Virus record (IMG/VR): IMGVR_UViG_3300023184_004954
Span: 3,092-67,091 of that record
Source: a virus
Length of the DNA stretch: 64,000 nucleotides
Reading direction: 5' to 3' (one strand)
Every line of letters begins with the position of its first letter. Within the stretch, counting starts at the first letter, position 1. Below are positions 47,989 to 56,790 of the stretch, in pieces. The notes beneath the pieces were generated by a model. It did not search any database and was not told the origin of the DNA. It worked only from the letters and a program-made list of their open reading frames with translations. Position numbers and translations under genes: made by a program.

Positions 47989-48635
47989 AAAAATTTATAA
48001 TAATCAGGATGTCTATTATTAAACTCATCAAAAACATCCCCAACAAATTCTTTATTTATTCTTTCGGTTGGAAATTTGTTTTTTTCTTTCTCAAAATTTA
48101 AGAATGAATCGTGTATAAATGAATTAGTTTTAATAATTGGATAAATCTTTTCTTTTAAAAAATTTTGGTCTACTTGCCAAAAATCACCTTTTGTATATTC
48201 ATTTATTAAATCCTTTATGTTTTTTAAAACATCATTTCTACAACCCCACATCCCACCTAAAATTTCAGTATTATGATATGGGTGGTCTCTCATAATATGA
48301 AAATCTTTACTTGATAATAACCATTCGTCTACCGCAGACTTTTCTCTTAAACTTAATCTACTATCTGTATCTCTTGATATCATCATCTCAGAATCCTCAC
48401 AAGCATAAAATCTCCAAAACATTCCTGTCCAATCTCCTTGTTCGTCCATAAAAATAACTTCGGTATTTGTTATTTTATTTAAATCATTAATAATATCTGT
48501 AGGAACACTTTTGCCGACATAAAATCTACAAACCCAATCAGGATATATTTCTTTTGCCAACTCAGCGTTTCTAATAGCACCTATTGTATATTTTGGATTG
48601 TCTCCCCACAAAGAAAAACTTATAATTTTTTTCAT
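47985..48635 (-). CDS. Putative GT-A-like glycan-modifying enzyme
   Basis: SFSLWG..PKY, MFWRF, SRDTDSR (DxD), MRDHPYH, GGMWG and DQNFL motifs. Confidence 0.6.
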   Translation of the reverse strand: MKKIISFSLWGDNPKYTIGAIRNAELAKEIYPDWVCRFYVGKSVPTDIINDLNKITNTEVIFMDEQGDWTGMFWRFYACEDSEMMISRDTDSRLSLREKSAVDEWLLSSKDFHIMRDHPYHNTEILGGMWGCRNDVLKNIKDLINEYTKGDFWQVDQNFLKEKIYPIIKTNSFIHDSFLNFEKEKNKFPTERINKEFVGDVFDEFNNRHPDYYKFL

Positions 48636-49297
48636 AGTCCAAAATTATTTGATTTTCTTTTATTAAATGTTTCTCTATCCAAACTTTCATTTTTTATATT
48701 TGTCATATGTATTTTGTCTCTATTACCAAACCCCCAATCAGGGTGTTCATGTTTTATAATAACATTACTAATATATGTTTGTTTACCAAGTATATTTGCA
48801 ACAGACATAAATTCATTATCACACCAAACAGATTTATATTCCGGATTATAAATGTATCCAAATCTATCATAGTATTTTTTACCTAAAATAGAAAGAGTGT
48901 TTAATTTATCTCCTTGATACCCATCATTAAACCAAAGAACACCATCTGTATCCGAATAGTGATTTTTCATTTTATTGATGATAATTTCATCATATCCTTT
49001 AACAATTGGAATCATGTCATCAGATGCTAGTAATACTATGTCCCAATCAGTTATTTTTTCCAAATCTTTATTAATTGCATCTATTTTAGTTTTAGAATCG
49101 CCATAATAATAGGTCAAATTTTCATAACTATTTAATATTTCTCTTATATCTTCATTATTCATTTCGGAGTCATCTTCATCCATTGTAATTAAAAAATGAA
49201 CATTATTCTTTTTTGAAAGAAAACTATAATATTTTTTTAGAATTAATAAAAATTTATTTTTTCTATTTCTTGTTGGAAATTTTATTAATAATTTCAT
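48632..49297 (-). CDS. Glycosyltransferase family 2-like
   Basis: KFPTRNR, ASDDM, YKSVWCDNE and HEHP motifs. Confidence 0.75.
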   Translation of the reverse strand: MKLLIKFPTRNRKNKFLLILKKYYSFLSKKNNVHFLITMDEDDSEMNNEDIREILNSYENLTYYYGDSKTKIDAINKDLEKITDWDIVLLASDDMIPIVKGYDEIIINKMKNHYSDTDGVLWFNDGYQGDKLNTLSILGKKYYDRFGYIYNPEYKSVWCDNEFMSVANILGKQTYISNVIIKHEHPDWGFGNRDKIHMTNIKNESLDRETFNKRKSNNFGL

Positions 49298-50931
49298 TAT
49301 GATAAAATTTTTAAATATTCATTTTTTATTTGATTAGCAACATTTGAGGAATAATATTTTTCAATATCTGAAGGAACATCATATTTATTTTTCTCAATAA
49401 TATCTCCGTTGGAGTCTACCTTGTATATCCAACCAGATTTTCCTGACATCCATCCTTCAATAGTTGTTCTTCCTAATTGAATCCCTGCGGTTTCTTTACA
49501 ATTTTTAACAAATTTTTCAACATTCCAAGTAGATGGAAAATATTTTACGTGAGTGTTTTTTAATATTGAATCAAGATATTGTGATTTATTTTCCCCAACT
49601 AACCATAGTTCTTGAGAATTTAATTTTGTATATTCAATTAAATCCATAATTGTTTTTTCTCTCAAATAGTCAATTGTTCCGACAAAAAGTGTATAATTTT
49701 CAGTTTTAATGTTTTTATCATTAAATTTTGTATTATCAATGGGATTATAAATTATTTCAATATCTTTTTCAGGTATATCAAATTTTTGCATATAATCTTT
49801 TATTTCTTGTCTAATTGCAATATATTTTTTTACTTTTTCATTTTTAACAGGATTCTCTAACTCAATAACTTCTGAATGTATTGTATAAACTTTATCTATT
49901 TCAGGATACATTTGAAATATTCTTTCAGCAACAGGTTTATGTTGAACATGAATGATATCAAAATTGACATCAGAAACTCTATACATATTGTTTAGTTCGC
50001 TTGGTTGGAATCCCTGAGGTGTATTAAATCCCCATTTTCCATCCCCTAATTTGTATCCTGGTGGGTTTGCAAATGGAACAACCTTAATTCCATCTTTTTT
50101 TGCCATTTCGGTTAATGGTCCACCAATTTCTGATAATACTGTTACATCACAATTTAATTTAATTAAATTTTTTGCCAATTCATAAACATAAAGTTCAGAA
50201 CCTGTAAATGTTCTAAAGAATAAACAACCAATTAATACTTTAATTTTTCTATTTGAATCAAACGGTAATTTTAAAGGTAAATTATCTTTGAATTTATTTG
50301 CAAAAAATATTTTATTCTCTTCCCATTTGTTATTTGTCATTCCAATTGATTTATGGGTTATTCTTATATTTGTTATAACCCCAACTTTAACTCCTTCTAA
50401 ATGGTTGGATAATGAAAATGATGTATCATAAAAATGAAAACCTTCAAATGATTCATCAAATGTTTTTTTAATTCTTTTTTTGTGGAGAGCAATGAAAAGT
50501 CCGTCAATAATTAAAGTTTGGCATATTCCATTTTCAAATGAGTCTGAATATTTTGATTCCCATTTTTTTCCTTCATTTTCGTGATTAACAATTCCTACCA
50601 TTTTATTTTTTTCATCCCACCATCTTCCGCTGTTAGTCAAAGATGTTGTTCCTGCAACACCTAAGATACCAAAATCACTTTTCTCAAAGTGTTTTAGTAA
50701 TTTACTATACCAAGAGGTGGTATCAAATAAAATATCATCATGACATAAAACAACAATATCTGTATCAGATTCATTTAAAATTTCATTATAAACCTGACTT
50801 AATGATTTTTCACCATTATTAACTTTTTCTATAACATTAATTTTTTTAAACCCAGATGTTTTTTTAATATATTCTATAAATTCTGGATTATGTTTCCTTG
50901 TGGAATATCCTACTGTAATTAATTCTGACAT
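49297..50931 (-). CDS. Bifunctional glycosyltransferase (GT-A + GT-B fusion)
   Basis: N-terminal LCHDD and GFHFYD motifs; C-terminal TGSELYVYELA...GRTTIEG. Confidence 0.8.
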   Translation of the reverse strand: MSELITVGYSTRKHNPEFIEYIKKTSGFKKINVIEKVNNGEKSLSQVYNEILNESDTDIVVLCHDDILFDTTSWYSKLLKHFEKSDFGILGVAGTTSLTNSGRWWDEKNKMVGIVNHENEGKKWESKYSDSFENGICQTLIIDGLFIALHKKRIKKTFDESFEGFHFYDTSFSLSNHLEGVKVGVITNIRITHKSIGMTNNKWEENKIFFANKFKDNLPLKLPFDSNRKIKVLIGCLFFRTFTGSELYVYELAKNLIKLNCDVTVLSEIGGPLTEMAKKDGIKVVPFANPPGYKLGDGKWGFNTPQGFQPSELNNMYRVSDVNFDIIHVQHKPVAERIFQMYPEIDKVYTIHSEVIELENPVKNEKVKKYIAIRQEIKDYMQKFDIPEKDIEIIYNPIDNTKFNDKNIKTENYTLFVGTIDYLREKTIMDLIEYTKLNSQELWLVGENKSQYLDSILKNTHVKYFPSTWNVEKFVKNCKETAGIQLGRTTIEGWMSGKSGWIYKVDSNGDIIEKNKYDVPSDIEKYYSSNVANQIKNEYLKILS

Positions 50932-50940
50932 ATTTTGTTT

Positions 50941-51552
50941 TTAAATTATTCCTGTTGAGCCAAATCCGTTTGAACCTCTATCAGTATCTTCAAAGGTATC
51001 TACTTCCATTAAATCAACAAATTTTCCATTTAATACTGGACATAACACAGCTTGAGCTATTTTCATACCTTTTGGTATCGTAACAGACGCATTGTTGGTG
51101 TTAAATACAATTGCCTTAACTTCTCCTGAATAACCTTGGTCTACAGTGCCAGGGGAGTTTAAAATCATTAATCCTTGGTTTATTGCCAATCCGCTTTTTG
51201 TTCTAACTTGAATTTCCAATCCTTCTCCAAATTGGAAGGACAATCCTGTTGGAACAAATGCTCTTCCGAGAGCTGGGATTATAACATCTTCAACTGAATG
51301 TAAATCAAACCCCGAATCCGAAGGATAGTTATATTTCGGAATAATTGCGTCGGGATGAAGTTTTTTGATTTTAACTTTTTGAATTCTAATCATATTGCTA
51401 ATATCTTGTTCCATTTCTGTACCAAAATTTGAGTTAATGAAATCATCTAATTGTTTTTGATAATCTTCATCAGGTACAAACCCTTCAGATATTTGTATTT
51501 TTTCAAATTGTTTTTTTATCTCCTCAAGAGATTCCATATCAATGTTTTGCAT
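50941..51552 (-). CDS. dut: Trimeric dUTPase with N-terminal extension
   Basis: SGFDL, VPTG, RTKSG, GTVDQGYSGE, AQAV and RGSNGFGSTG motifs. Confidence 0.95.
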   Translation of the reverse strand: MQNIDMESLEEIKKQFEKIQISEGFVPDEDYQKQLDDFINSNFGTEMEQDISNMIRIQKVKIKKLHPDAIIPKYNYPSDSGFDLHSVEDVIIPALGRAFVPTGLSFQFGEGLEIQVRTKSGLAINQGLMILNSPGTVDQGYSGEVKAIVFNTNNASVTIPKGMKIAQAVLCPVLNGKFVDLMEVDTFEDTDRGSNGFGSTGII

Positions 51553-52280
51553 TATTCTAATGTTTTTAATTTTTTAATTATGTCTATTAATACTCGGACA
51601 TCATTTTCACAATATTCGGTAATTTCTTTTAATTTATTTTCATTCCAGTAAGCGTTATGGACTTTATCTCCGGTTACTTCACCTTCTTTTGGTGATGGAA
51701 TATCCATAGTCGCACAAAGTAAATCTAATGAACCTATGGATGTATAAGCCCCATATTGCCATACTTCTTTGGTGTCTATTGCTTTTATTTCCCAAGGTTT
51801 TGTATCATAACTTGGAAGTATTGATGGTGGCATAAGTCCGTTGATAATCATTCTTTTTGCGAGCATTGGAATATCAAAATTCTTTAAGTTATGTCCACAC
51901 AAGAAAAAATCAAGTTTTCCACATCTATTTAACAATGTTTGACACTCTTTTAATAACTTTTTCTCATCATCACCTGAAAAAGTTTGGGTTTTAATCTCAT
52001 CTTTATCTGTAACAAATGCAACGCTTACACAAACAATCTTTGCAAATTCAGGAACAAGAGCTGCTCTTTTAATGAAAATATTATTCATTTTTACAAGTTC
52101 CACATCTTTATGAGAGACTGCGGTATCATCTTCCGGAAATCTTTTTAGAAACCAATCAAAATATTTTATAAATTGAGCGTAAACTGAAGGATTGTTTTTC
52201 TTACATTCTTTCAAATCTTTACAACCACCAACAGTCTCAATATCAATAAATAAAATCTTAGTTATAGGTATTTTTATCAT
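51552..52280 (-). CDS. DEDD 3'-5' exonuclease (PolB-exo-like)
   Basis: FIDIETV, GHNLKNFDIP, IDT and YCENDV motifs. Confidence 0.9.
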   Translation of the reverse strand: MIKIPITKILFIDIETVGGCKDLKECKKNNPSVYAQFIKYFDWFLKRFPEDDTAVSHKDVELVKMNNIFIKRAALVPEFAKIVCVSVAFVTDKDEIKTQTFSGDDEKKLLKECQTLLNRCGKLDFFLCGHNLKNFDIPMLAKRMIINGLMPPSILPSYDTKPWEIKAIDTKEVWQYGAYTSIGSLDLLCATMDIPSPKEGEVTGDKVHNAYWNENKLKEITEYCENDVRVLIDIIKKLKTLE

Positions 52281-53491
52281 TTTATTAAACTTTTATAAAA
52301 TTCAGCTCTATTTTTTGTTACAACATTTAAATCATATGTGTCTTTTACTGTCTCATACAATCTTTCTCCCATATCTTTAATCATATTTGGATTCTTAACT
52401 AATTTCTCAATAAACTTTGCCCAATCACTATGATTCCTATTCTCATCAACTAACAACGCATTTCCGTCCACAAATTTACCATTATCTAAGCAATGTTTCA
52501 AATCTAATGTGTAAGGCCCCAAATTTGATGCAATTATTGCTTTTTTATAAAATCCTGACTCAATAACTTTAAGTTGAGATTTAACTCTATTAAAGATATG
52601 ATTTTTAATCGGAGCCAAAGATATATCAAATTTTGAATAGTTTTTTGCGTAAGATGTTACGGGTTTTGTCCATACTCTAACATAAGCTTCTTTTTCCACA
52701 TTTTCAAATACTTCATCTTTAAAGTTATCTAAAAACTTTTTATACTCAGGAGTTATTGTTGAATAATTCTGTGTAAATATTTTCTCATATGCAACCCATA
52801 CTGTTTCGTGGGGTAGAATATTTCTTTTCTTTTGTTCTCCTGTTTGTTGATTGATTTCTGTCATTGTCCCTCTCGTATCAAATCCACATAAAACAAATTG
52901 AAGTTTATCTTGATATGAACTTAATTTACTAAAGGATTGGTCTAGCAATTGTAAATCATGTAGATGGGATGAACCGCCTAACCATCCAACTCTTATTCTA
53001 TCTGATTCAGGTGTTGGTTCACAAAACTGAGGTTCCTTTGGATTTATTGCGTTTGGAAAAATGAAAACATTCTTATTGATACTTTTTATTTCATCAGCAA
53101 AAATTGTTGTGGTTGTTGTTACATATTGAGCAACCCTTAAGTTGGCAATTATTTTTTCATTAATCTTATTGATTTTAATAATGTCATGAATCGGATGTTC
53201 TTTTCCTGGCATCCAATAATCATCCAAATCACAAATGGTAATAATACCTAATGAATTTAATTTTTGAACTAACTCAATAGACCTGTCAAAATCAGGACTA
53301 ATACTTCTATGATATACAACAATCTGATATTGACCCCAAAAGTTCATATCTCCCATATCAGGTTCAAATATAATATCTACGTGGAAATCATCACCATATA
53401 GGTTCTGTAAGAAAATGTGGGGGTCAACTGAACGGAATTTACCCACTCCAGTTCTGTCTGAAGGGATTACTAATACTTTAATTTTTGACAT
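52277..53491 (-). CDS. GT-B glycosyltransferase
   Basis: DLDDYW, PNAI, VGWLGGSSHLHDL and DISLAP..FNRVKSQLKVIE motifs. Confidence 0.85.
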   Translation of the reverse strand: MSKIKVLVIPSDRTGVGKFRSVDPHIFLQNLYGDDFHVDIIFEPDMGDMNFWGQYQIVVYHRSISPDFDRSIELVQKLNSLGIITICDLDDYWMPGKEHPIHDIIKINKINEKIIANLRVAQYVTTTTTIFADEIKSINKNVFIFPNAINPKEPQFCEPTPESDRIRVGWLGGSSHLHDLQLLDQSFSKLSSYQDKLQFVLCGFDTRGTMTEINQQTGEQKKRNILPHETVWVAYEKIFTQNYSTITPEYKKFLDNFKDEVFENVEKEAYVRVWTKPVTSYAKNYSKFDISLAPIKNHIFNRVKSQLKVIESGFYKKAIIASNLGPYTLDLKHCLDNGKFVDGNALLVDENRNHSDWAKFIEKLVKNPNMIKDMGERLYETVKDTYDLNVVTKNRAEFYKSLIK

Positions 53492-53622
53492 ATTTACAAT
53501 TATAATTTTAAGAAATTTTGAGATATTATAACCTTCAAAATAACTTCTAAATTATAAACATTGTTTTTAATTAATTCAAGTCTGATTAATGGAATAAGTA
53601 TTAAATAAACATATTTATAATT

Positions 53623-54171
53623 ATGAAAAAGTTTATGTCAATTGAAGAAATGAATATAGTACCCAAGAAAAAAATTGGGAGTGGTATGGAACATGATGTT
53701 TATCCAAGTACTAATCAAGATGTGGTAATTAAAACTATATCCTCAAGATTTGGAAAAACATTACCAAAAATCAGAATGGCTTGGGTTAATTTATTTCAGG
53801 AACACCCTGATATTTTTCCAAAAGTAATAAAAGTAACAGAAACATATGTTGTCTTAGAAAAATTAGACACTAATAAAGCAATGTCTGAATACCTAACTTT
53901 AGATGGTCTATTAAAAGAAGATAGGGAAATATGGGAAGGTGATTTTGCGTATACCTTATTTCTCATATATGAAGGTTCTGATGAAGATAAATTAACGGCG
54001 ATTGATGAACATTTTGAGAATATGGGTGATAAAGCTTTTAATTTATACTCTAAATGGAGAGATTTAATATTAAAGTTTTTAGATATTATGCCTCATGATT
54101 ATTATTCCGATTTACATGTTGGTCAATTTGGGTATTCCAAAGACGGAACATTAAAAATATTAGACTTTTAA
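53623..54171 (+). CDS. Minimal protein-kinase-like protein
   Basis: G-loop IGSGMEHDVY, VVIK, catalytic loop DLHVGQFG, ends at ILDF. Confidence 0.7.
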   Translation: MKKFMSIEEMNIVPKKKIGSGMEHDVYPSTNQDVVIKTISSRFGKTLPKIRMAWVNLFQEHPDIFPKVIKVTETYVVLEKLDTNKAMSEYLTLDGLLKEDREIWEGDFAYTLFLIYEGSDEDKLTAIDEHFENMGDKAFNLYSKWRDLILKFLDIMPHDYYSDLHVGQFGYSKDGTLKILDF

Positions 54172-54172
54172 T

Positions 54173-54197
54173 AAAAAACCCCACTGAAAAGTGGGGG
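54173..54197 (-). terminator. Terminator between convergent genes
   Basis: aaaaaaccccac-tgaaaa-gtgggg. Confidence 0.7.
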
Positions 54198-54208
54198 AAT
54201 ATAAAGTG

Positions 54209-54787
54209 TTAACTTAATTTTTTAATTTTTGTTACTTTTCCTTCAAACACATGTTTTCCAACTTTAAAAGAAAAAACCTCATTAGATTTTTCAGTTGATT
54301 CAACTAACAAACCATTTTTTTTCAAAGCGTTGTTAACGGCTTCTTCAATCATTTCTTGTATTTGTTCAAAATCAAAATTTGAAGGTGTTTCAGCTCTTTT
54401 GGGTGTTTCTTTTCTTGATGGTTCTGATTTATATTCTGATTTGTTATCTCTCATCAATCTTGTTGCTCTTTCAACCAAATCATTAGATAATGTACCACTT
54501 TGTTGTTGTGGTTGAGCAATCGGATGTTCCATCATTAGTTTTTTAATCTCATCAGGTAGTTTTGAATTCTTGATGGCATCTGTAGTTATTGGTTGCATTT
54601 GTCTGGTTGGAGGTATATAAGAATTTTGAGATTGTTCTAACATACCTTCAGGGATATTGTATTTTGCTTCAGGCATTGCATATTCCTGCAGACTTGTTGG
54701 GGGTAATGACCCCTTCTTTATTGTTTCGCTTTTATCCATTATCGCTTTTGATATGGCTAATTTTTGCATTAATTCTTGTTCATTCAT
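54209..54787 (-). CDS. Hypothetical protein
   Basis: 192-aa ORF (NSKLPDEIKKLMMEHPI). Confidence 0.75.
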   Translation of the reverse strand: MNEQELMQKLAISKAIMDKSETIKKGSLPPTSLQEYAMPEAKYNIPEGMLEQSQNSYIPPTRQMQPITTDAIKNSKLPDEIKKLMMEHPIAQPQQQSGTLSNDLVERATRLMRDNKSEYKSEPSRKETPKRAETPSNFDFEQIQEMIEEAVNNALKKNGLLVESTEKSNEVFSFKVGKHVFEGKVTKIKKLS

Positions 54788-54791
54788 AAAT

Positions 54792-55172
54792 TTAAAATTG
54801 TGCTATAAGTATAATACTTTTCATGCTTTTGTCACCATTTGCGTTAAAATTTGGTCTCATTTCTGTAAAATTTTCTCCGGTTGGTGAAAAAGTTAAAATT
54901 TTATCCAATCTAAAATATCTCCAACTTGGTAAAGGTTTTTCACCTTTATATGCTTTATGTGAAGCCCCTTCTTGGTCCCAGGCCCTTAAAACTTTATTTC
55001 CTTGTTTACTAACACCTAAACACACAGGTTCAATTTGACGAATACCTTTACCACCTGGTTCATCTCCGTCATAATACATTTGAACAATTTGCTTATTTTT
55101 AATTGCGTCTATAACTTTATCCATAGAAGCAACTTCACAAATTAAATCTTTAAGTGTGTCTTTAAATTTCAT
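54792..55172 (-). CDS. Stand-alone WYL-domain protein
   Basis: Y.G....G.R.IEPVCLG...LRAWD...WRYFRLDKI pattern. Confidence 0.75.
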   Translation of the reverse strand: MKFKDTLKDLICEVASMDKVIDAIKNKQIVQMYYDGDEPGGKGIRQIEPVCLGVSKQGNKVLRAWDQEGASHKAYKGEKPLPSWRYFRLDKILTFSPTGENFTEMRPNFNANGDKSMKSIILIAQF

Positions 55173-55471
55173 TATATTTGAAAGTTAGGGTATGTGTTAG
55201 ATGAGCTATATGTATTCACTCTTAATTCCATTCTTCTTTCAAGAACATCTTCTCTTGTTCCGACAGCTTGGTTATATACATCAAGAAATACTCCTGTTCC
55301 TCTACCTTTAGAATCACCATCAGCGATAGCGTTTGGGTTTGTTGCAGAATATTCATCGGCAGTTGCGATATATTCATTCTTTGGTAAAAGTTTTGACCTT
55401 TCTCTATCTGCAACCGCTGTTAATTGGTTTGCAACATCTTGACTTAAGTCAATTGCTAATTCATTTGCCAT
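55172..55471 (-). CDS. Hypothetical protein
   Basis: 99-aa ORF in the operon. Confidence 0.7.
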   Translation of the reverse strand: MANELAIDLSQDVANQLTAVADRERSKLLPKNEYIATADEYSATNPNAIADGDSKGRGTGVFLDVYNQAVGTREDVLERRMELRVNTYSSSNTYPNFQI

Positions 55472-55475
55472 AGTT

Positions 55476-55940
55476 TTAAATTTTTGATATTAATTCATTT
55501 ATTCGTTTTAAACTTTCTGTAACTGCCGTATTATATTTATCAACAGTCTTTAAATGTTCTTGAGAATGTCTCACATTACCAAAAGTTTTTTCGTGAGGTT
55601 TTATATGTTGGTTTTGCATCCCTGTTTCAGACTTATTATTTTTTGTCATATGAATCCCTTCTCTCATCTGTCTTAACTGAGTATCAACCCAATGTTTCAT
55701 TTCAATCCCACCATTTAATATGTATGAAGGGTCTTTATGGTTACCTTTAAAATTATCAAAGAAGTTTTTGATTCTTTTTAATTGTTTATAGGTTATTGTA
55801 TATTGAGATTGTAATTCTTGATTTCTTTTAAATCCTTCAGTATTTTCATTCGCACCTTTAACTTTATGAAAATTTCTTTTCATATGTTCCCTCTTATCAA
55901 CGGGGAATTCAACACTATCGTCGTATATTTCTTTATTCAC
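55476..55940 (-). CDS. Hypothetical protein
   Basis: 154-aa ORF. Confidence 0.7.
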   Translation of the reverse strand: MNKEIYDDSVEFPVDKREHMKRNFHKVKGANENTEGFKRNQELQSQYTITYKQLKRIKNFFDNFKGNHKDPSYILNGGIEMKHWVDTQLRQMREGIHMTKNNKSETGMQNQHIKPHEKTFGNVRHSQEHLKTVDKYNTAVTESLKRINELISKI

Positions 55941-56739
55941 TTTTTAACATTTTTATTAATTCAGAAATTGAAAGTCCTTCTTTTTCTGCTTGTTTTTTTA
56001 ATGTTTTTAAATTCTTTTTAACAATATTTGAAACTTTTGGTTCTTTTTCTGAAACATCAGAGTCTGAACTTTTTTTATTAACTAAAATATCTTCAAGAAC
56101 TTTAATCATTTTTTGTTTTTGAATTTCAGATAATGTTGCTCTTGTAACAAAATTTTTGTCGTGATAATATTTTGATTTTTTATCTTTTTTCCCTGTTGGG
56201 TCTTGTCCTTTTTGTTTTACCCTTTCTTTTGCTTCATCTGGGTTTAATCCCAAATTCTTAACAAAATATTTAAAGGTTTCTTTTCCGTCCATATCTTCTG
56301 TCTCTTCATAACCAAACGCATCTGACATATCAACTTCTTCCAGTTCTTCAGATTCTCCAAAGTAGGTTCTATAACCGCGAGTCCAAGGGTCGTTAGTGAC
56401 TCTTGCTGCTGCGACTGTTTGGTCCATGGTTTTTCTTGGGTGCATCTTTGGGTCTAAGATTGGAATTTTAGAATTACTAATTGCTCCATCGGCATTAACT
56501 AATTCTTCCAATTCATCCTTAACATTTTTAGTTGTTTTCTTTTTTTTACCTTTTATGGTATTTTTTAAATATTTTTTTACATCACCTTCTTTTTCTTTTT
56601 TGAAGTGAACAACTTCATCTTTTTTTCTTGCTTCGGTTAAAGTATCCTCCACAGAGAAATATAAAGAATATTTATCTTTAGTTTCTTTTAAAAAGAAGTA
56701 ATAGGGAGATGAATAAAATTCTTTATTATTAATAATCAT
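55933..56739 (-). CDS. Hypothetical protein with several L-x-E motifs
   Basis: 268-aa ORF; late motif at 56755-56761. Confidence 0.75.
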   Translation of the reverse strand: MIINNKEFYSSPYYFFLKETKDKYSLYFSVEDTLTEARKKDEVVHFKKEKEGDVKKYLKNTIKGKKKKTTKNVKDELEELVNADGAISNSKIPILDPKMHPRKTMDQTVAAARVTNDPWTRGYRTYFGESEELEEVDMSDAFGYEETEDMDGKETFKYFVKNLGLNPDEAKERVKQKGQDPTGKKDKKSKYYHDKNFVTRATLSEIQKQKMIKVLEDILVNKKSSDSDVSEKEPKVSNIVKKNLKTLKKQAEKEGLSISELIKMLKSE

Positions 56740-56790
56740 TTTTTTCCTTTTAATATAAATACCCGAAAAAAAAGTATTTATCTATATTCT

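Noticed and set aside
34898-53491. Bacterial O-antigen/capsule locus (host contamination)
   Set aside because: No wzx, wzy, wzz or priming transferase; contiguous and translationally coupled with phage-type PhoH, dUTPase, exonuclease and the sigma-like gene; similar AT-rich composition
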